In this document: piece after piece, positions 37,288 to 49,123 of the stretch
How positions within the stretch are numbered: position 1 is the stretch's first letter
Layout of the letters: each line of letters starts with the position of its first letter
Source of the DNA: Microthyrium microscopicum
Lineage: Eukaryota
Assembly (NCBI GenBank): GCA_010405405.1
Contig: MU004244.1
Location: 871,895-935,894 of the forward strand
Direction: 5' to 3'
Length of the DNA stretch: 64,000 nucleotides
Program-made: the position numbers and the translations under genes
Notes under the pieces: generated by a model
The model's input: the letters and a program-made list of their open reading frames with translations, nothing else
What the model was told of the DNA's origin: nothing
Databases searched by the model: none

Positions 37288-39888
37288 ATGGCTTTTGCTC
37301 AAAACAACTCCACTCTGGAAGATCTGGTGGCCGATGTTACCAAGATATCCCCCGCTAGCGATCCAAAAGCTTTCAAAAAATGGAGGGACTACGCGCTGAA
37401 AACAACAAAGTCCAGCCATTGGGCGCGCGTCAACCAATTCGAGGTGGAATCAAAGCTAAATGGACTGGCTGAGAAATTTCATATTCTCAACAGAGAAGAC
37501 CTGGCTCTCGGAATGGAATCTTCTCTTCAAAAATTGGAGCTTGTGTCCGACAAATGGACACCAGATATTCTCTTCTTGTTGCTCGAACTTTCAGATCAAC
37601 CAACCTCCAAAGCAGATATATACGATTCCAGAGAAAAGTCTCACAGTCCAGAACTCACACCGCTGAGCTGGGCGGAACTCAAGAGGGATGATCCCTTCTC
37701 AGATGACGATTTATGGAAAGACGTTTCTTACTCTCCTATTTCTTCAGACTCCGAGGATGACATTTCAATTACAACGCCCGCTCCTACCGAGAATCTTGCA
37801 ACTTCCAAAGACCAGGTCTCGCAAACAAATCGCGTCAATGAGCTTTTTGTGGAAGTAGATGAAGCATTATTAAAGTCTCTCCTAAATCTGCAGTTCTGGG
37901 TCGATAAACCTTCAAACGGGATACAAGAGTTAAGCGCCGACAAGAACACTTTACCGGAACTTCAAGCGGTCCGAGAGGTCTTGCAACTACTACGTGGCCT
38001 ACCGACCTCAATGTTTGAAATATTAGGCATGCAAGTGCGTTACGTTGATCAGCATGCCTTAAAGGATTTGTCCAAACCAGTATTTGCTAGCATTATGCAG
38101 AGTTTTGCTGCTTTAGCAACTCATGTTCTATACCTTCGCAAATGGGTACAACAGCCTGTTACGGAAAGTCTTCTGCGAGCTTTCAAAGCAGCTGTGCAAG
38201 ATGCTATTACTGATTATGACAAGGTCATCGGTAAACTGGACACCTCATTCGTAAATCATGGTGCAGACATCACTATCAGCTTGATGGCTGTCATGGATGA
38301 GGCAAGAATCATGAGCCGCCCGCTGCTATTTCTTGGGACTCTAATCAAAAGGATGTCTACGACTTCAGCTAAGCAGTTTTCCCACCTGGAATTAATCTAT
38401 GACTCGATTTGCGAACAACAGGAAGCTGGAGATGCTATTCTTTATGTTTTCCTTGCAAATATTTTCTTCAAGTCACTGCGAGCCTTTCTCAGGCCTATAC
38501 GCACTTGGATGGAAGAAGGAGTCATTGTAAATCAATCAGCATTTTTCATACAGGAAAATGAAGGACCGCTTGAAGATTCCTCGCTCTGGCATGATCAGTT
38601 CTCGCTTCGCAAGTCCCAACACGGCGACTTGCTGGCGCCGATATTTGTTCACGCAGCTGCCAAGTTCATCTTGAATGCTGGTAAATCAATTCGATTTCTT
38701 GGTCGACTAGATACTGCTGTTAGTCTTTCAAAGGCTACTCAATCTGACCTAGACTTGGACTTAGTATGTTGCCATGATGACGAGCAGTTTCTCTCTCCTT
38801 TTCCAATCCTTTTCGACAGCGCGCTCGATACATGGATACGCAGTATGTACAGTCCGGCTATGACCACCCTAAAACAGCAAATTTGGTCTAAGTATCAGCT
38901 CGGAGTTCATCTGGAAGCACTACAGGAGATATATTTGTCAAAGGACGGTGGCAGACTCCAAGCCCTTGCCGATCCTATCTTTCAATCTCTAGACAACAAG
39001 AAGACCGGATGGAACGACCGATATGTCTTTGCTGAGAAAGTCAAGGATGTCTTTGCAGATTGCGACCATGTAAAAGAACAACTCATCGTTGTACGAAGTA
39101 CGCCGTCAAAGTCCGGCGTCAGATCAATTCGTGGCGCTTCCAATATCGTCTTGGACTATCACCTCCCTTGGCCAGTACTCAATGTGATTCGAAAGCAATC
39201 TCTGGCAACATATCAACGAGTGTTTCGCTTTCTTCTTCAACTTTATCGTGCCAAGTATCTTCTTCGGCAGAATGTTTTTCAACGTGGAAAGGAATTGCCA
39301 ATAGTAGTCGCGATCAATCATCAATTGAAGTGGCTGGTTGACGTTCTGCAAGCACATATAATATTCTCTGTCATACAGCCTCTTGTTGAAAGACTTGGCC
39401 AGCAAATATCAGAAGCAAATGATCTGGACGCAATGTCCGAAGCACACGACCGTTTCGTGTCATCACTACAGGCACAATGCCTTTTATCGAAAAATTTGAA
39501 CCCAATTCATCAAGGCATAATGTCTATTCTAGAACTTGTTGTTCAGCTTTGCAATGTACGCAATCAACAGCACCCAAAAGCCAATCAATCGGCAGCCCAA
39601 AAAGTAGCTCGTCGCAAGTCGCTGGCTAGAAGTCGGCGAAAGGCACAGGACTCTTCGTCCGATGACAGTGAAGTTGATACGAATATTGACGATGATTATG
39701 ATGCAGATACAGAAACCATGGCAGGCAATCGAGGCACTCTGGAGGAACAGATGTTCAAGATGAAAGAAGAACTTGGCCGCCTTTGTTATCTTCTTGTCAC
39801 TGGTCTTCGTGGCATTAGTCGAGCTAGCGGCGAGGCCTCTTGGGAGATGCTAGCTGATCAATTGGACTGGAATCGTGGAAAAGAATGA
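37288..39888 (+). CDS. Gamma-tubulin ring complex subunit (Spc97/Spc98 family, most like GCP5)
   Basis: Intronless 866-aa ORF. N-terminal RVNQFEV..GLAEKF, ELQAVREVLQLLRG, AGKSIRFL, YHLPWPVLNVI and YQRVFRFLLQ are GCP signatures. Confidence 0.85.
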   Translation: MAFAQNNSTLEDLVADVTKISPASDPKAFKKWRDYALKTTKSSHWARVNQFEVESKLNGLAEKFHILNREDLALGMESSLQKLELVSDKWTPDILFLLLELSDQPTSKADIYDSREKSHSPELTPLSWAELKRDDPFSDDDLWKDVSYSPISSDSEDDISITTPAPTENLATSKDQVSQTNRVNELFVEVDEALLKSLLNLQFWVDKPSNGIQELSADKNTLPELQAVREVLQLLRGLPTSMFEILGMQVRYVDQHALKDLSKPVFASIMQSFAALATHVLYLRKWVQQPVTESLLRAFKAAVQDAITDYDKVIGKLDTSFVNHGADITISLMAVMDEARIMSRPLLFLGTLIKRMSTTSAKQFSHLELIYDSICEQQEAGDAILYVFLANIFFKSLRAFLRPIRTWMEEGVIVNQSAFFIQENEGPLEDSSLWHDQFSLRKSQHGDLLAPIFVHAAAKFILNAGKSIRFLGRLDTAVSLSKATQSDLDLDLVCCHDDEQFLSPFPILFDSALDTWIRSMYSPAMTTLKQQIWSKYQLGVHLEALQEIYLSKDGGRLQALADPIFQSLDNKKTGWNDRYVFAEKVKDVFADCDHVKEQLIVVRSTPSKSGVRSIRGASNIVLDYHLPWPVLNVIRKQSLATYQRVFRFLLQLYRAKYLLRQNVFQRGKELPIVVAINHQLKWLVDVLQAHIIFSVIQPLVERLGQQISEANDLDAMSEAHDRFVSSLQAQCLLSKNLNPIHQGIMSILELVVQLCNVRNQQHPKANQSAAQKVARRKSLARSRRKAQDSSSDDSEVDTNIDDDYDADTETMAGNRGTLEEQMFKMKEELGRLCYLLVTGLRGISRASGEASWEMLADQLDWNRGKE

Positions 39889-40178
39889 TACGACAACCTT
39901 CTTTTACTAAACTTCATTGTTCGTTTTAGCCGGATCGAGAATCACGAAAGTTGTCCAGTTCTCTGCTTCGAAAGTGTCCTCCCCCAACAAAGGCAGCGAC
40001 TCTATATACCATCTGTCAACAAAGACAAGGGATCTACCAACGTCTACGAACAAAGGAACGAGCCTCTATAACATGTATATCTGCTCCAAACGTCAGTCTT
40101 TGGTTGTAATGGCTGTTTGAAAGCCAAGATCCAGAAAAGTATACTCATAATCGCGTGTATTGCGTCAATTTGCTCAAA

Positions 40179-41210
40179 ATGGACGCAAATATTCCCCCAG
40201 AAGACGTTCTTATACTCCTATATAGTTCTTCTGCTGAGATACGATTAGCCGTTTTCGAGCAGCTCGTACAGCCAGGTACAGATTGGACCAATCTCTCATG
40301 GTTTCTCAGCACCTCTCGCAGGTTTCCTGACGACCAAACTGACGGCGTCTCTTATCCCCCTGTGGATTGGATTGCAGCTCTACCCAGTTTCCTTCGAGAT
40401 GATCTCCTTGACGTTTGTAGACTTAACATTACCGGTCTGACTAGTCTCATTATTGAAGAATCCTTCGAGCGCGGCACAGTCCGCAACATGTTCGTCCAGT
40501 TCGACCATCTCCCCCATGGTGGTTTCAACCACTTTCCAAACCTAACCATGGTCCATCTCAAACTCGATTATATGGTTCGTCCATTCAACCAAAACGCACC
40601 CTGTAATATCACGCGAGCAATTCCACTGCCATCCATCGGTGAGCCTGAGATTCTGCGCCGCACACGCGAACTCCTCGTATCCTCCCGCTTTCTCACCCAC
40701 GCCTGTCTTACATTGAATCTCATCGAACACACTCGGGATAGTGGCGGCTATGATGTCCACCCATACTACATGCGCTACCTGCAACCGCATATCGATACGC
40801 TATTCCGTGTCGTCCCTGCGCTGCATGGTCTCAGTGTACGTTTTTACAATCAACGGCCAAATACGCTTTATAACAAACTGGAACGCGCCGCGCTTCGGGT
40901 GACACCGATTCCTGAGCGGATTGGTCCGAATGCTTCGGCAATTTCACTCACTCTACGACGTCGCGAAACTCGTTCGGTAGTGGCATCGAAAGAAGTGGTT
41001 TATATAAGAGATAGGACTGGAAATGTAGTTACGCGCACGGGTCTGGACGATACTTTGAGGCGTTTTCGGCGCATGTATGCTCAGCCTACGACGACGACTA
41101 ATTGGTTATTTAATCATGGGTGCTGTTGGGGTGATTATCCAGCTGGTGAAATAGCTTGCTTCAAGGAGCGAAGGACTAGAGCTCCGTGGGGGTGGACTCG
41201 ACGGATGTAA
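40179..41210 (+). CDS. Hypothetical protein, paralog 1 (degenerate F-box-like N-terminus)
   Basis: 343-aa intronless ORF. Shares colinear motif blocks with the neighbouring gene at 42058-43304. Confidence 0.7.
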   Translation: MDANIPPEDVLILLYSSSAEIRLAVFEQLVQPGTDWTNLSWFLSTSRRFPDDQTDGVSYPPVDWIAALPSFLRDDLLDVCRLNITGLTSLIIEESFERGTVRNMFVQFDHLPHGGFNHFPNLTMVHLKLDYMVRPFNQNAPCNITRAIPLPSIGEPEILRRTRELLVSSRFLTHACLTLNLIEHTRDSGGYDVHPYYMRYLQPHIDTLFRVVPALHGLSVRFYNQRPNTLYNKLERAALRVTPIPERIGPNASAISLTLRRRETRSVVASKEVVYIRDRTGNVVTRTGLDDTLRRFRRMYAQPTTTTNWLFNHGCCWGDYPAGEIACFKERRTRAPWGWTRRM

Positions 41211-41294
41211 GTTTGTCGCTGGTCTGTTGGTTGCTCTGAGCCACGAATAGTCTCGGTGTCAAAGTGTGATGTTCAACCATTAGACGTCCTCTGA

Positions 41295-41466
41295 TATTTC
41301 CCCATCGACATTAATAACTCCCATACGGTACTCTGATTATATTATTTCTTACCAAGTACATAGTCAATGTGGTACGTTATAGGCTCTTAGTAAGATACGC
41401 TCTGCAGAAGCAATGGCAATAGGTATCGTAGGTAGGTAATGTGAGCAGACCATTTATCTTGTCAGC
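41295..41466. repeat. Degenerate fold-back palindromic element, copy E
   Basis: Right end AGGTATCGTAG...GAGCAGACCATTTATCTTGTC resembles the family right arm. Inner stem TCTTACCAAG/CTTAGTAAGA. Confidence 0.5.
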
Positions 41467-42057
41467 TGGATGAGTTTCCCCGTATATAGTTTTCTGGGAC
41501 AGGCTTAAGCAGATATCTAACAATCTCATAGCTATAAACCTAGCAGTTGTCGTTGTCGCCTATCCTGTGTGCCCGTCAATTAAGTGTCGCTACTTATCAG
41601 CAGCTAATACCCTTACTAATAAGACTCCCATCAATACCATGGTTCGCAGCAAATATTTTTTGTGCTAGCTAACCTCTGGTCGTCAATGCTTGATCAATAG
41701 ACCTTGCTAGGTCCATGAAATCCTTCAAGCTTCGTGGCTTTCTGTTCTCTTGTCCTACTTCAACCTGCTAGTCTTTACAACAAGACGAGTCTTCCTTTAC
41801 CACCCACTCTCGATGTGTGTGCCAGATTGACACAGAGCGAACATTCTTACGCCTTCTCCTTCCATTGTTCCTAAGCCAGACGCATCATGCGCACTGTTCA
41901 AATTGACAATTGGAAAGTTGCGCTCACCCCAAGATCTCTATATTTATCCCATCCTTCACTCAACAGTGCAGACTTCTCGATTATTGTTGAGCCTATAGTA
42001 GGTGGCATCCACAGTTTAGTCGGAAGTATCTCTCTTTGGTTCAGTTCGAAGTTGAAG

Positions 42058-43304
42058 ATGGCTTCTAATCTCCTCTTGGTAGGTATGAATTGTCAGGACT
42101 TGGTCACGTTTTTTTGCCTTACGATTTGGCATATGCTAACACTTCGAAAAAGAACGCCTCCACCAACCTGCGCTCCAATATCCAGACAATTTCCAAGGAT
42201 CCATCTGCGATCAGGTTGTTCTCGATTATGCCTGTGTCCAAACAGTACAAAACAGATGGAGTTCTGGAAAAAACAAGAGGCCTCTTGCCAGAGCTTCGCT
42301 ACTTGATATGGAAAGATATGAGTGACTCTTTTCAGGACGCAAAAGGAAAAGATGAGACTGCTATCGATATCTGCAATAGAATACTTCCAAGTGAAGAGTT
42401 CATCATGGCTTTTTCTAAGCCATGGCGGATGGAGATTAATCACTACCTTCTTGCGAAAATCTTAGAGCTGAATGTCGCAGCAGTGGACGAAGTGAACCCC
42501 TATGGTCGTTGTGTAGAGTCGCATTCCTACCAGCAATGGACAGGTTTTCCGTACTTGGACGAGATCCTACCACGCATCAGAAAAATCCACTTCCAGATTG
42601 AAATCTGTTTACAGCTTATATCACCAGAGTTCCAGACCGCTGAGGATGTCCATCACACTCTCGAAGTAGCGCCGAGATTACCTTCATTGCAGGCGGCGAC
42701 AGACCTTATGGACCGTTGCCCGTTGTTGGAACACGTCTGCATTGATATCACGATCAAGCAGCCACCAATCACTCTGGACACCAGGAACTGCACTCAAATG
42801 CCGTTTCCATATGCCCTGCGCTGGATATCAAATGATTGTGGCTTGCTGTTGTGTAAATATGAGTGCATAAAAGGCATCTGTATTAGAACAATTGAGGAGA
42901 AATATGCGCCTGTTTCTGATAGTTCTGCTGATCCGCCCATAGACTTTGGCCGGGAGAGTCCGTACGTTCGCCTTGCTCGTCCACCTTCATATATGCCTAC
43001 AAATCCAGCTCCGCACGCATATGAAGACATCAAACGAGGACTGAACGAGCTACCAAGCCAAGTTGTCATATCCAAAGAATGGGTACAAAGCAGAATTGGC
43101 AAATTGGGAGCAGGCAGACCAGCATATCGGCATCTCAGCTGTTCGTGTAGTAAGCTCTGTACAAGAGTACGAGCGAGCGCGTCGAGGGAAGATTGGAAGC
43201 CATGTAAAGAATGGGGATACTCTCTGAAAGCTGGGACAATGCACGGGAGGTGCTGGGAAGATTGGTCAGATCTGGTGTTGAAGAATGATACGTACCCGTC
43301 GTGA
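42058..43304 (+). CDS. Hypothetical protein, paralog 2 (F-box-like LLPELRYLIW)
   Basis: Probable exon 42058-42078, intron 42079-42152 (GTAGGT...GCTAAC...AAG), then exon 42153-43304, giving ~390 aa. An alternative start exists at MPVSKQ. Confidence 0.7.
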
Positions 43305-44766
43305 GTGCCTTCCATTTCATATTTGCTTCACCTCCAATTATCGTAAATTGAATGTTTTTGATATATTTCACTTGTTTGATGACCTTGTAGCAGAAAAGTG
43401 CAACGCTAAATCTAGGGTCAATCTGTGGAAACGCAGGATACATCTCCTAGCAGGTAGCAAAGAGCGATGAGTGCTCGAGATGCTCGATATGAAGTAAAGC
43501 AGTCGCCTATAAGACGTCTTACAGCATGCACAGTAGTATTTGGACGATCGAAGACCTTTTCAGATGACTTGATTATTTTGACATCAGAGAGCGTAACAGC
43601 GGTACCTTCAAGTGATACTGTGAATCTATCGTGGTTAGTAAGGTACATGGTCAGGACTGCTAAAAAACCCACCATCAGTGCAATTTTGTGAAATAACGAT
43701 GACGTGGACAAAATTTTGACAGTCATAGGTTTGCGAAAGGGTACTCCTTGAACCACGGAGCTAGTTCAAAAATTGGTTTACTCATGCTACTACTCATAAC
43801 TCAAATCGATATATTAGTCTCAATATCTGGCAAATCTTGCCATTCAGAATAAAGAGCTAACTTCTCATCGTCAATCGCCGTACAGCGTATTCATCATACA
43901 TAATTTTGATGTGCTGGTCGCTTACTACAAGTCATTTTGTGCTGGCTAGATCTCGCCGCATTGTGGATAGCGTAGACGATCGGGTGGTCGATCGTGTGAA
44001 GGAATTAATTAATTAGAGCGATTCCATCAGACTACGATGACCACCGTCTTATATACTCAATCTCCCAAGGTGCAGTATAAGGAAAAAAAGCATTAATGGT
44101 GTCTATGCGAAATAAAGCACTTGATACCAACAGTGGGTGATGCTATACCGTATATCGTACTGTCATAGACAGAAGTAAGCGACTCATTCAGTTTTTACGA
44201 TCCAACACAATCGCAATCCCAGGAACAGAACCATCACAAAAAACTATTTGAAATCGCGGACATAGTACCAAATTCATCCAATTCCCATTAAGATTTCTCT
44301 GGATAACCCTTCACCCGTGCATAACCAGAATCGGTCATCAAGGCCCTAGCCAGCGTTATATAACAGATACATCATTATCCACTACCTACCAAGTACCAAT
44401 ATCAAACCCCTGACCAGCTATCAATAAGCCCTTGCCACACAATCTCGCCAACAGCTACACTTTGAGCTCTCTCGCGCTACGATTCGCCGCAATACTTTCT
44501 AGAACCTGTCATCGGCGCCAGTAGAAAGATCACCCCGTTCACAATCTAACAAAGACTCGGCTCTATCAAGCACTATATCGGCTACACAATGACCACTCTT
44601 AGAACTCAAATACTGTCCTCGCTATACGACGTAATAAGAAACGCTTCTATGAGTTAAATAAACGATTGTTCCGCTATCTACATCCTGAAAATACCTTCTC
44701 AAACGCCCTCAACCAAAAACAAACACTACCACAACCCACGCTCCTTACCTATAACAACTATTCAAA

Positions 44767-45292
44767 ATGGTCAACTTCACCTTCGCCGCCGTCTTGGCCC
44801 TCAGGTACGTTCCCGTTGCCATGTCCCACATCACCTACCCCTAGGACCCATCAGTGATCTCCCATTCTATTACAACTCACCCGCCTATAACCACCCACCT
44901 TCCCCATCTCTCTACACGCAGCACTAACAAACCCCAGCGCCACCGTCCTAGCCGACAAATTCCACTTCCAAGTCAAGCCTACCAGCGGCGCCGCCGTCTT
45001 CCTCAAAGCCGACGGCTCAGCCGTCTCCTCCGCCGCCGAAGCCGCAACATGCACCATCGACGCCGGCTACCTCAGCTGTGATGGCAAAGGCGGGCCAACC
45101 TTCACCGGCGACATGACCGAGATGAAGCTCGTCGCCGGAAAGGGTTCCAAGGGCTGGACAGAGACTGGTGGCAAGATTGGCTGGAATGGAAAGAACTTTA
45201 GCATCCGCAAGGGAACGAGCAAGATCTGGGCCGAATCGTGCCCACATGGCCATTTCCCTGACCATGGAACTGCTACTGCTGTTCCTGCTTAG
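44767..45292 (+). CDS. Small secreted protein, 130 aa (absent from ORF track)
   Basis: Exons 44767-44804 and 44938-45292 (intron GTACGT...CTAAC...CAG). Sequence MVNFTFAAVLALSATVLA-DKFHFQVK...ATCTIDAGYLSCDG...ESCPHGHFPDHGTATAVPA. Clear signal peptide, CAAAATG start context, C-ending codon bias. Confidence 0.85.
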
Positions 45293-45830
45293 ATGTGAGT
45301 GGTGGGATTGTTTATATATTGTAGAATGAGATAATTTGAAAGGTCGAGAGGCTGTTTCTGTATCAGAAGGTTGCTTGCTTTGAACTGTGATGTATTTTGT
45401 TGCACTGGATTGGAAGGTCCTTCCTGTTCCAGCGCATCTTATAACGCCTTGTAGTTTCCGCTGTGCGATGCTCTTGATGATATACAGCCTGTGGGGATAA
45501 AGTGTAGTGGGCGGTAGACATCGCACTCACCAGAAGTGTGCCGTCTGTTTAGTCTGAATGTTTGTCAGTGTCACCTAAATCAGGAGAAATTGAAATAATC
45601 GGAATCATGAACATTTTACCCGTGGGGGCCAATATATATCCGCTCTTCCAAGTATACACACAAGTGCCCCAATACTTCCTTTTTCCCAACCATAGCCCAG
45701 AGGCAAAGGAAATCCATCTATCTAATCTATATTGATAACCGAGAAACAAGTGGGGGGATATCGAACAGGGTAAAACAGAAAAAAAGGGGAAATAAAAGCT
45801 TCATGATCAGACGTAACGGTGAAACTGTGA

Positions 45831-48029
45831 TTAGGAATGATCCTCTCGAGGGCCAAAGTCCATGACACGAATCTCACAATCCTCGCTTCCGGTAATGAGT
45901 CTGTCGCCACTAAGTGCTACACAGGTGACAGGTCCAACATGACCGGTGAAAGTACGTTCACACTTGCCGGTTCGTGCATCCCAGAGTTTGACGGTGCGGT
46001 CCTCAGCACCTGATACGACGCGAAGGTTATCTGCGGCGAGGGCCCAGATGCCTTCAATGTGGCCAAAGAAGGTGCGGAGGCATCGGCCTGTTGGGACATG
46101 CCAGAGGCGGATGTGACTATCGAGAGAAGCGGTGAGCATGTAGGTTGGAGGGTTTGGCCGTGAGGGGTCAGATGGGAACAGAGGGACGTCTACAAGTGAT
46201 TCCGGAGCTGGAGTATGCTCATCTCGGATTGTTCGAGGATTGATGGTGTTACACTCTGGTTGGTCTTCTTGATGGTCTGGTTCCGAATCGGATGATGGAT
46301 GATCGCAGTCAACTAGATCCGAGGCGTCAAGCTCAAATTCTGGAGGAAGAAGAATGACTTGTTGAACGCCACCAACGTGGCCATCAAAGGTCTTGAGAAG
46401 TTTGCCGGTGTCAAGATCCCATAAACGAACGACATTGTCATCCGCACCGGAGAATATAGTTCTCGAAGACATATCCAGCCGCACTGAGTTGACAAAATCT
46501 TTGTGACTTCTAATGGAATAAAAAGCTTTGGTTTCGAAATTCCAGACGTGAACAGTATTGTCCTTGCCGCCAGCAACAAGATAAGGCTTTTGATAGTTGA
46601 GAGACAGAACATCACCAGTGGGGCCAGTCAACGTCCTGAGGAGCTGGCCTGTTTCCCAGTTCCAAATTCGGATGGTCTTGTCCATACCTCCACTGAAAAG
46701 CTGACATTTACTAAATTGTAGGCAGCGAATTCCAGAGGTATGTCCGTGTAAAGTCCTAATGTGTTCGCCTGTATCAAGATTCCAGATGCGTATTGTTCCA
46801 TCGTATGAGCCAGAAGCAAGGATGTTATCCTCAAACTGCAAACACATGACACCATTCTGATGGCCTTTGAGAATTTTCAATGTGTGTCGACCGTACTTCC
46901 AGTTGGTACCGACTTTGAATCGGTCTTTGTAGACAGCTTTCCATGGCAGCTTGGGTTCAGGCGCATCATGGAGACGCAATTTCTTCATCGACGCTTGTTC
47001 TTCGCCATGTTCGGCAGGACGCTTTGCGTGGAGATGCTGGGGAGTAAGAATTCCAGAAGGCGCTTCACTAGGAGCGCGACTTGTAGCGGGCGTATCCATG
47101 ACGACACCCTGAGCACGCTGTTCAATCGCCTTCTTTTCTTTGATAAGTCGCTTCCGATCCAGTAAGGGTAGACCCCATCCGCACTTCTTGCACTTCTTTG
47201 CAATGTGCTGTTCACACATCCTATGCCAGACGACATCATCTTCTGCGAATTGGTTCCACCTCCGAGAGACTTGGGCAGCCTTGCAAAGTGCATCGGTATC
47301 TAGGTAGCTGAGTATCTGGAGGGATAGTTCGTAGGGTAGAACAGAGATAAAGTCGATCTTTATGAGTTCGCGGACTTGAGAGGAGATGTAGGATAATTGA
47401 GGGAAGCAACAAACAGTCAGGATACCCTGAAGCATCAACTGTCGTTGCTTGGCGGGAGCGGCGGAGAACAGCGACCAGACATGCGAGATGCCTTGTTGAT
47501 CTTCTTGGTCGAGCTTACCGAGGTTCTATGCTATGTTAGCCATGGTAAGCCAGTCGGAAAATGAGATGGTACATACGGTTTGGAGCTCTTCCATTGTTGG
47601 TTCATTTGCCTGGCGCCAACATTTTGAGTCGGGCCTATGGCGGTTGCAGTAAGTCGGCCTGCTGCCCATGTTTCTTGCTAAGGTTGACGATCCAGTCCTC
47701 TGAGGGTTGTAGGTCTGCGGTGTATGCTTAGCAAGAAACTGGGAGACATTTTGTTCAGCCGTGGTGGAAGATGAAGCGAGGGACAGATCGGCCCTTATTA
47801 GGGACGACCGTCGTCTTTTGTTGCTTCTAAATGATGCCTGTAATGGCGAATGTGCGGTAGAATGTTGTGAAGTTGGCCTAGGCGGTGTAGAGCTGTGAGT
47901 AACCGGGAGAGTGCTTGCAGAGGGACCGGAGAGAGTAGGTTGATCGGATTCAGAGTAGGGAGTGGTCAATGTTTTGTCTGTTGGTGGAATTGACGCCATC
48001 TTGCTCATTATGAGCTGCGGCTCTGGCAT
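45831..48029 (-). CDS. sconB: F-box/WD40 sulfur metabolite repressor SconB/SCON-2/Met30
   Basis: Intron 47526-47576. [24 protein letters not shown]-box [32 protein letters not shown] and multiple WD40 repeats. The start could be 48029, 48008 or 47999. Confidence 0.94.
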
Positions 48030-48258
48030 ATATTGACTTGATGAGCAAGGCGCAGGAGTGGGACCTACGCGGTGAAGGGCAGGGGCGTGTTTGAGTTGAT
48101 AGCCATTCGAAAAAGGGCTCTTTGTTTTGCGGAATCAAGGAGTGGGATTGCGTGCTGAGATGACTTTATTCGCTGAACCAGTCGGGCAAAATGATAAGTA
48201 CCACGGGATGGGAACCTGTGGGACTGCGCTTTGGGAGACGTTGAACAAAAAGCACGAA

Positions 48259-48334
48259 TTGGCGCAATGTAGCGCGCGGAAACGGATTTAGTGGCAAAGT
48301 AGGCGCGCGTGGGAAAGATTCAAGATGGTGCAAT
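48259..48334. promoter_or_regulatory. Putative CYS-3/MetR bZIP sites in the sconB promoter
   Basis: TTGGCGCAAT (48259-48268) and ATGGTGCAAT (48325-48334) resemble the ATGRYRYCAT consensus, with 2 and 1 mismatches respectively. Confidence 0.4.
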
Positions 48335-49123
48335 GTCAAAGTCGTGCTTTTTTTGATGGATTATCTTTGCAATAATCGAATAAATGCTCGGTGGCGGGCG
48401 TGCTTGGGGCCTGGTGTTTCTGGTCGATTGCAGAGGATTTGGCAGTGACTGGAGTCTGGACTGAGCAAATCACGCAAGATATCACGTAAAGGGCGTCTTG
48501 CCATCCCTCACGTGCATTTCTCCGGTCCCAGCAGATCCCCTATGACTTACTCTTCACATAATTTAAACTCTACTGTCACTAAGCGAGCGGGTAAGATCTA
48601 CGAGGTAACAGGAACAGCGATATTTCCAATCAAAAGCACGTCATGTAATCGTGAAACGCTTCTAGCATTCTCTATCAACCTTCAAGACCCAAATTGCCCA
48701 CGCTGACCGCGGCTGAAGATCTCCACCACGCTATAACATAGCACCATACACGCCATATCTCAGCCTTGTCCTAACCAAAACCGTACATTTCCCACTAAAT
48801 ATCCCCAGTCCAATCCAATCCAGACAAGGGTGAAAAGTCAAAACTCAAAATACATAAACATCCATCCAGATAATCCTCCTTGTTTCATGGGTATCAAAAT
48901 ATCTCGCGTGCTTCCATGAGCGACGTCGTCATTGTGGCTCATAGCTAGTAACATCGCTGCCAATAAGCTCAATTTGAGTCGAGTAAACAATGCAAAACAA
49001 AATCAAAAAAGCACTGTCCAGACAGCTGGGATCCTCCAGGAATCAAAATGCAGTAAATCCCTTCTAGGAATCGTGTTGTTGTTGGTGAAGGCCTGCTCAC
49101 CGCGGGGAGAGCGGCTCAACCTC

